A DNA stretch of 64,000 bases from Granulosicoccus sp. (lineage in GTDB: Bacteria > Pseudomonadota > Gammaproteobacteria > Granulosicoccales > Granulosicoccaceae). The notes below the pieces were generated by a model. That model had not been told where the DNA came from and ran no database searches. It saw only the letters and a list, made by a program, of their open reading frames with translations. Made by a program: the position numbers and the translations under genes. The DNA lies in assembly GCA_047634635.1 (NCBI GenBank), contig JBLIIE010000003.1, positions 4,810 to 68,809 on the forward strand, in the 5' to 3' direction. Below are positions 57,687-64,000 of this stretch, piece by piece (the stretch's first letter is position 1; every line of letters starts with the position of its first letter).

Positions 57687-59045
57687 TTACGACTCTTCAG
57701 CTTTCATTTGATTTATAGCCTCGTCTCGCAGTTCTGACACTGCATTAGCATGACCATCAAAACCTTCATACGTAGCAAAACGATGTGTGTGCGGAGCCAT
57801 TTCAGCGTAACCAGTTGCGGTCATGTGGCCCACTGAGCACGTTTTCATGAAATCGTGCACTCCTAGCGGTGAATGAGTACGAGCAGCCGCAGATGTTGGC
57901 AACACACAGTTAGGGCCCATCATGTAGTTGGCGATGGAACCCGCAGCATGCTCTCCCAACAGAATTTCGCTGGCATTGCGAATATGCGCTAAATGCTCAT
58001 AGGGAGTTTTCGATAACACCTGACAATGTTCCGGCGCATAGTCGTTGATGAACGCATAGGCCTCTGCTACGTTTGACGCTAACACTATTCCTCCACGCTG
58101 ACCACTTAGTACGGTGGATGAATAACCGGCAAGCGTTTCATTTTGCCGGTCCCAGTACTGCGGAATTGCCTTGCGAACAGCTTCTGCCAATTGCCGATCC
58201 CAAGTGACCAGAAATGAGCTGCTATCCGGACCATGTTCGGATTCAATAGTCATATCCAGTGCCGCTATGAGCGGATTGGCAGACTCATCAGCAAGAATAA
58301 TGGTTTCGCTGGGCCCAGCGGGCAAACCCGGATCAATACGACCTGCGAGTACACGCTTAGCAGCGACTAGCCAAGGGCTACCCGGGCCCACAATCTTAAA
58401 ACAGCGAGGAACGCTGGCCGTTCCGTAAGCAGCGGCTGCAACAGCCTGCGCGCCACCCGCCTTGAAAACCTGTTCAACACCCGCAAGCCTAGCAGCGACT
58501 AATGTTGCTGGATCGACGTGACCATCAGGACCCGGAGGGGTGAGAATAATAGGCTGCGGTACGCCCGCTACTGATGCCGGAATGGCTGTCATAAGAGTAA
58601 CTGAAGGGAAAGATCCCTTCCCTCTAGGTGAATAACACGCCACCGAATCAATAGGTGTGGCTCTCTCGCCCACCAAAACACCCGGGCGAATTTCCTTCAT
58701 CCACATTTCTGGAGGTCGCTGAGCCTCATGGAAGCGACGAATATTGTCCGCCGAATATTCCAGCGTCTCAATCATTGCCCGGTCTATTTTGTCGAAGGCC
58801 TTGTCGATATCGGACTTTGAAGCCGCAATAAATTCAGCTCTTAGGCTGGCAGCACCGTCAAATTCGCGCCCAAAACGTGCAAGCGCTTCATCACCATCAT
58901 TACGAACAGCTTCAATAATAGGACGGACACCGTTTATAAAGGTATCCAGATCGTCCTCAGCCCGGCTCAGGAGCTGTTCTCGCTCTGTAACGGTGAGTTG
59001 GGCCAGATCGTGTAAAGCCACCTCAGGATATTGCCGAACAGTCAT
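57687..59045 (-). CDS. Histidinol dehydrogenase homologue (HisD family) with an atypical active site
   Basis: GGAQAVAA..YGT, KIVGPG, AGPSE, EHGPDS and APEH are present; variant motifs are IESEH, IANY and GPNCVLPT. Confidence 0.88.
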   Translation of the reverse strand: MTVRQYPEVALHDLAQLTVTEREQLLSRAEDDLDTFINGVRPIIEAVRNDGDEALARFGREFDGAASLRAEFIAASKSDIDKAFDKIDRAMIETLEYSADNIRRFHEAQRPPEMWMKEIRPGVLVGERATPIDSVACYSPRGKGSFPSVTLMTAIPASVAGVPQPIILTPPGPDGHVDPATLVAARLAGVEQVFKAGGAQAVAAAAYGTASVPRCFKIVGPGSPWLVAAKRVLAGRIDPGLPAGPSETIILADESANPLIAALDMTIESEHGPDSSSFLVTWDRQLAEAVRKAIPQYWDRQNETLAGYSSTVLSGQRGGIVLASNVAEAYAFINDYAPEHCQVLSKTPYEHLAHIRNASEILLGEHAAGSIANYMMGPNCVLPTSAAARTHSPLGVHDFMKTCSVGHMTATGYAEMAPHTHRFATYEGFDGHANAVSELRDEAINQMKAEES

Positions 59046-59253
59046 AGATAACCATTTAAAAACGGTGGTTGATTAACATCCACCCGTACCTCCAGTATAC
59101 CTTTTCGCTATGGCCAATATTCCCGATTCGCTTAGGCATTAGCGAGAAGACAGTTGCAACGTTATTTCACCATATATTCGCGTGCTAACATCCGAATGAA
59201 CTGACTATCACTCCATAAACCGCACAACAGATCTCATTTCCGACACCTGATCC

Positions 59254-60582
59254 ATGCCCACTGACATAAACACCTCTGCCTCGATACCCACTTCTACAGA
59301 TAAGGTCGAGCACACCACAAGCTACTATGCAGCTTCAGCCAATAAGAGCCCAGAGCGAGAATGGCTAAATGATTCGATTGATGTCGATGTCTGCGTGATT
59401 GGTGGGGGATTCAGCGGGTTATCCGCTGCCTTGCATCTAACCGCTCAAGGTAGACATGTCACCCTCCTGGAGGGCGCCAAAATCGGCTGGGGGGCATCTG
59501 GTAGAAATGGCGGCCAACTGATACACGGACTGAATGCAAGTTTAAACACCGTCGGCAAACGCTACGGGCAGGAAGCAGCCAATTTTATGGGCAGCCTCGT
59601 TCAGGAAGGTGCTAGCGTCATTCGTCAGTTCGTTAAAGACCACAGCATTGAATGTGATCTAAAACAGGGGAGTATTTTTGCCGCATTCAACGCTCGCCAA
59701 ATGCGCGAGCTTGAAGCTAAGCAAGTCTTGTGGCGAAAGCACGGCATGGACGAACATGAAATGTTGGACAAAAACAGCATAAAAAATCACGTTGGCACCG
59801 ATCAATACCTGGGTGGCATGCTGGATCACTCCGGTGGACATATTCACCCTCTTAATCTGGCACTGGGTGAGGCAGCTGCACTCGAAAAGCTTGGAGGCAA
59901 GATCTACGAGCAATCGAGGGTGACTCGCGTAGATTCCATTGAAGACAAACCTGTGGTAATCACTGCCAACGGTTCTGTCCGGTGCGAAACATTGGTGGTC
60001 TGTGGCAATGCTTATTTGGGCAAAAGCGTTCCAACCCTTAAATCTCGGGTAATGCCTGTGTCAACTCAGATGATGGCAACAGAGCCACTGTCCGACGAAT
60101 TAGCGAATGCGTTGCTGCCCACTGACAACTCAGTCGAAGATGTTCGCTACATTCTGGACTACTATCGTTTATCAGCCGATAAGCGCTTATTGTGGGGCGG
60201 TGGCACCGTTTACGGCGGCACTGATCCCAGCGACGTCGTCACCAAATTACGCCCTAATATGGAAAAAGTGTTTCCAGAATTGTGCGGGGTAAAAATCTCC
60301 CATGCCTGGAGTGGAAATTTTGCGTTGACCTTCACCCGCGTTCCGTTACTAGGCAAACTCGGCCCAGACACTTTCTATGCAATGGGCTATAGCGGTCATG
60401 GCGTAACTGGCAGCCACCTATTCGGCAAATTACTTGCAGAAGCGATAGACGGAAAAACAGATCGATTTGATCGCTTCGCTGCTCTGCCCTGGTATCCATT
60501 CCCGGGTGGACAACGATTTAGAGCGCCTTATTCGACAGTAGGCTCTTGGTGGTATGGCATGCGCGACGCGCTTGGAGTATGA
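59254..60582 (+). CDS. FAD-dependent oxidoreductase, PuuB/OrdL (gamma-glutamylputrescine oxidase) family
   Basis: SYYAASAN, GGGFSGL, GWGASGRNGGQ, HPLNLALGEA, DYYRLS.D and GYSGHGV. Confidence 0.9.
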   Translation: MPTDINTSASIPTSTDKVEHTTSYYAASANKSPEREWLNDSIDVDVCVIGGGFSGLSAALHLTAQGRHVTLLEGAKIGWGASGRNGGQLIHGLNASLNTVGKRYGQEAANFMGSLVQEGASVIRQFVKDHSIECDLKQGSIFAAFNARQMRELEAKQVLWRKHGMDEHEMLDKNSIKNHVGTDQYLGGMLDHSGGHIHPLNLALGEAAALEKLGGKIYEQSRVTRVDSIEDKPVVITANGSVRCETLVVCGNAYLGKSVPTLKSRVMPVSTQMMATEPLSDELANALLPTDNSVEDVRYILDYYRLSADKRLLWGGGTVYGGTDPSDVVTKLRPNMEKVFPELCGVKISHAWSGNFALTFTRVPLLGKLGPDTFYAMGYSGHGVTGSHLFGKLLAEAIDGKTDRFDRFAALPWYPFPGGQRFRAPYSTVGSWWYGMRDALGV

Positions 60583-60591
60583 GAATTACCT

Positions 60592-61332
60592 ATGATTTCT
60601 TCTGAAGACACACCGAAAGCTCGCATTCGGCTAGGCGTACTACAAGCCGGAAGAGTTCCGGATGAAATGGCGGATCAACACGCCGACTATGATCAACTTT
60701 TCGTCGATCTACTCGGCGCCAACGCGTTTGATTATCGTCATTGGGCAGTACTTGACGGGAAATTTCCAAGCAGCACGGCCGACGCCGATGCGTGGTTAAT
60801 TACTGGCTCACGATTTGGCACTTATGAGGATCACGATTGGATTCCACCCCTGGAGAAATTTATCCGTGAAGTCTTTGCTGCAGATCAGCCCATGGTTGGT
60901 ATTTGTTTTGGCCACCAGATTATTGCCCAAGCTATGGGTGGACGCGTCGAAAAATTCTCAGACGGTTGGTCTGTAGGGCGTGTTGAGTACAACCTTGATA
61001 AATCTGTTTTCGGCACTGGATCCTCATCAACCTCTGATCAAACCGCCTTACTGGCTTTCCATCAGGATCAGGTCGTTCAAGCACCCGAATCATCAATCAC
61101 CGTGGGCAGTACGGATTTCTGCCAACACGCAGCGCTCCTTTATGGGAATCGTGCATTGACCCTACAGCCCCATCCCGAATTCTATTCTGATTTTATCGAC
61201 GGTCTGCTGGTTGCGCGTCGCGCTATACTGCCCCCAGCAATCATTGACAACGCGGCCGAAACACTTGCGCTACCCATTGTTCGCGAATCTATCGCAAATA
61301 CGATCCGTAAATTTCTCAAGCGAGACTTATGA
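60592..61332 (+). CDS. Class I glutamine amidotransferase
   Basis: ITGS, GICFGHQ (nucleophile Cys), HQDQV and QPHPEF. Confidence 0.9.
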   Translation: MISSEDTPKARIRLGVLQAGRVPDEMADQHADYDQLFVDLLGANAFDYRHWAVLDGKFPSSTADADAWLITGSRFGTYEDHDWIPPLEKFIREVFAADQPMVGICFGHQIIAQAMGGRVEKFSDGWSVGRVEYNLDKSVFGTGSSSTSDQTALLAFHQDQVVQAPESSITVGSTDFCQHAALLYGNRALTLQPHPEFYSDFIDGLLVARRAILPPAIIDNAAETLALPIVRESIANTIRKFLKRDL

Positions 61333-62699
61333 GTAATCAATCGAAGTGGATGGAACAACTTCCAAATGCTTTCCATACTTGGCTTAATGGTCGACGAGTT
61401 GATGACGTAGAATGTGTCATTGCAGACATTGCAGGCACAGCACGCGGCAAAGCCATGCCGGCACGCAAATTTGCGAAAGCAGATGCCATGTATTTACCCA
61501 CGTCCATTTTCTATCAAACCATAACAGGTGAATACGTCGATCTGGACGACATGGAAGATCAATGGACAGAATCTGATCTAATCCTCACTCCCGACTACTC
61601 AGCTGCTACTGCAGTTCCGTGGTCCGATGACGTGACTCTGCAAGTTGTACACGACATAACGCATCAGGACGGAAGTCCTGTTGGCATGGCGCCAAGAAAC
61701 GTATTAAAGCGCGTTGTCGATCTTTACCATGCCAGCGGGTGGCAACCCGTAGTTGCACCAGAGTTGGAATTTTATCTAACCAAGCCAAACATCGATCCAA
61801 ACCTGCCGATAGAACCGCCTATTGGACGCACAGGTCGGCAGGGTATAGCAAAGCAGGCATATTCCATGAGCGCTGTGGAAGAATATGGACCTGTCATTGA
61901 TGACATCTACGACTTTGCTGAAGCTCAAGGGTTTGAAATAGACACGATCATTCAAGAAGGCGGTGCCGGACAGATTGAAATCAATTTGCAGCACGGCGAC
62001 CCAGTGCATTTAGCGGATCAAGTATTCTTCTACAAAAGACTAATACGTGAGGCAGCACTACGAAACAAATGTTTTGCCACCTTCATGGCAAAGCCAATGG
62101 AAGAACAACCCGGCAGTGCCATGCATATCCATCAAAGCGTTATTCGCACCTCTGATGGTCGCAACCTGTTCAATACTGAAGACGATAAACCCACTGATTT
62201 GTTTTACGGCTTTATTGCTGGCCAACAAACGCTGATTCCAGATATTCTTTGCATACTGGCTCCCTACGTAAACTCCTACAGACGTTTTCGGCGTGATGAC
62301 TCCGCTCCCATTAATCTTGAGTGGGGCTTTGATAATCGTACAACAGGCATACGTGTACCCTTGTCCAGCCCTGAAAGTCGACGCGTAGAAAATCGTGTTG
62401 TCGGTATGGATTGCAACCCTTACCTTGCCATCGCGGCAAGCCTTGCTTGCGGGTTGATCGGCATGAAAAACAAAATGCAACCAAGGGATGCCGTTACCAG
62501 TGACGCTTATTCACTACCTCATGATCTTCCGATAGATCTAAGCAGAGCGCTCGATTTATTCAACGACAGCCCTAATATCACTGACGTCTTAGGCAAAGAT
62601 TTCTGCACCCTGTATAGCGCCATTAAACGACAGGAGTCTGATGCGTTCTTACAGGTTATAAGCCCTTGGGAACGAGAACATTTACTGCTGAACGTCTAG
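61329..62699 (+). CDS. Glutamine synthetase-like gamma-glutamyl-amine ligase (PuuA/SpuI-like)
   Basis: DIAG.ARGK, APELEFYL, EGG.GQIEIN, FMAKP...PGSAMH.H.S, WG.DNRT and R.ENR..G.D.NPYL; ATGA overlap with the upstream gene. Confidence 0.9.
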   Translation: MSNQSKWMEQLPNAFHTWLNGRRVDDVECVIADIAGTARGKAMPARKFAKADAMYLPTSIFYQTITGEYVDLDDMEDQWTESDLILTPDYSAATAVPWSDDVTLQVVHDITHQDGSPVGMAPRNVLKRVVDLYHASGWQPVVAPELEFYLTKPNIDPNLPIEPPIGRTGRQGIAKQAYSMSAVEEYGPVIDDIYDFAEAQGFEIDTIIQEGGAGQIEINLQHGDPVHLADQVFFYKRLIREAALRNKCFATFMAKPMEEQPGSAMHIHQSVIRTSDGRNLFNTEDDKPTDLFYGFIAGQQTLIPDILCILAPYVNSYRRFRRDDSAPINLEWGFDNRTTGIRVPLSSPESRRVENRVVGMDCNPYLAIAASLACGLIGMKNKMQPRDAVTSDAYSLPHDLPIDLSRALDLFNDSPNITDVLGKDFCTLYSAIKRQESDAFLQVISPWEREHLLLNV

Positions 62700-62717
62700 A
62701 GTGATTTTACTGCAAGT

Positions 62718-64000
62718 ATGAAGCTACTTCACGCGAATGACCATCTGGGAAAACACGCACCTTCGTGGTACAAAGCCACTTGCCCGATAGAGGACCGCAC
62801 CACACTTAGCCGCAACGCTACTTTTGATGTATGCGTGATTGGTGCTGGTTTCACCGGTCTATCCACAGCCTTACATCTCGCTGAGAATAGACGCTCAGTT
62901 GCTGTTCTGGATGCTCATCGAGTGGGCTGGGGCGCCTCAGGACGCAATGGTGGGCAACTTGGCACGGGCTTCAATCAGGATCAAATTGAGTTGACGGCAC
63001 TTTTAGGTGAACACCGTGCTCACCAATTATGGAAAATAGCTGAAGATGCCAAAGCGTTAATACACACACGCTGCAAGCAATACGATATCAATATTGACTA
63101 TGAGCCTGGCATAGTCACGGCTTTGCACAAACCCAGGTTCGTTCGCCCAGCCCATGAGTACTGTGAATATTTAGCGACTAATTATCAGTACCATGAATTG
63201 CAGCCACTGACAAAACAGACGATTCGACATCGCATTGCTAGTGACGACTATTTCGGTGGAGCCGTCGATCATGGCGCAGGCCACATACACCCTTTGAAAC
63301 TAGCAAGTGGGTTAGCAAACGCTTGCGAAAAAAACGGTGCCATTATCCACGAAAGAAGCGAAGTTATCCGTATAGATACACTTCCACGTGCCGGTGGCTA
63401 TCGGGTTGTAACAACGCAAGGTAGCGTTGTATGTGAAAAAATTGTTATCGCGACCAATGGCTACATAGACAATCTAAAACCAGTAGTTAACCGATGGATC
63501 ATGCCCATCAATAATTTTATTGTAGTCACTGAACCATTGGGATCCCTGGCGGATGAGATTTTACCGTGTAACGATGCTGTTGCAGATTCGCGATTTGTTG
63601 TTAACTATTATCGCCGCGTAGATGGCGATCGATTGTTATTCGGTGGAGGGGAAAACTACTCCTACCGCTTCCCTAAATCAATAAACAAGATAGTGCAGAG
63701 AGCCATGCTGGGTGTATACCCACAACTAAACAACGTTGCAATCGACTATGCTTGGGGTGGCACACTTGCAATAACACGCAGTAGGCTGCCATATACCTGT
63801 CAATTCGCCGACGGCATTTATGCCGCAGGAGGATTTTCTGGACATGGAGTCGCACTTGCAGGACTCTATGGTCAAGTTATTGCCGAGCATATTTGCGAAC
63901 ACTCAGATAGATTCAATTTACTCAGCGGACTTCCAGGAAAGCCTTTTCCAGGAGGTCGATCGGCCAGACCGGCACTGCTTGCTTTAGCCATGACTGGATA
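62718..64000 (+). CDS. Second PuuB/OrdL-family FAD oxidoreductase; runs off the window end
   Basis: Manual translation from ATG 62718: MKLLHANDHLGKHAPSWYKAT...DVCVIGAGFTGLSTALHLAE...GWGASGRNGGQ...HPLKL...GFSGHGVA. No stop before 64000. Confidence 0.9.
   Translation, partial: MKLLHANDHLGKHAPSWYKATCPIEDRTTLSRNATFDVCVIGAGFTGLSTALHLAENRRSVAVLDAHRVGWGASGRNGGQLGTGFNQDQIELTALLGEHRAHQLWKIAEDAKALIHTRCKQYDINIDYEPGIVTALHKPRFVRPAHEYCEYLATNYQYHELQPLTKQTIRHRIASDDYFGGAVDHGAGHIHPLKLASGLANACEKNGAIIHERSEVIRIDTLPRAGGYRVVTTQGSVVCEKIVIATNGYIDNLKPVVNRWIMPINNFIVVTEPLGSLADEILPCNDAVADSRFVVNYYRRVDGDRLLFGGGENYSYRFPKSINKIVQRAMLGVYPQLNNVAIDYAWGGTLAITRSRLPYTCQFADGIYAAGGFSGHGVALAGLYGQVIAEHICEHSDRFNLLSGLPGKPFPGGRSARPALLALAMTG

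Noticed and set aside
1001-63855. Numerous 60-200 aa ORFs antisense to or nested within the called genes
   Set aside because: They are shadow frames of well-supported genes, with no independent motifs.
1-64000. rRNA, tRNA, CRISPR arrays, IS elements, prophage or defence systems
   Set aside because: I saw no such repeats, structural-RNA signatures or transposase, integrase or nuclease motifs by eye. A tRNAscan, Infernal or CRISPR-finder run would be needed to exclude small elements.

Overview
A 64 kb chromosomal segment of a marine bacterium, most likely a gammaproteobacterium. A Granulosicoccus-like organism is my inference from the gene content; this is not verified. I see no rRNA, tRNA, CRISPR array, transposase, integrase or phage genes. 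Main blocks: a decayed mipA-DUF3019-OmpR-kinase module (1.1-3.7 kb); a creatinase / Pot-type ABC / ectoine-hydrolase cluster (8.6-16.2 kb); two GlyGly-CTERM surface proteins; an RND efflux pair; two divergent polysaccharide glycosyltransferases; a DMSP demethylase dmdA; psuKG; a pim-like beta-oxidation operon whose acyl-CoA ligase is destroyed; and a gamma-glutamyl-polyamine cluster running off the end. The most notable feature is a tightly packed minus-strand run, hisD-homologue - cbiX - dsrC - dsrM - dsrK - ptrB (52.6-59.0 kb). It holds an intact sulfur-oxidiser-type DsrC (both cysteines) with DsrMK, but no dsrAB, dsrEFH or dsrLJOP nearby, and it is led by a HisD paralogue with an altered active site. 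At least six gene remnants not shown in the ORF track point to ongoing gene erosion. All family assignments come from recalled motifs, not database searches.
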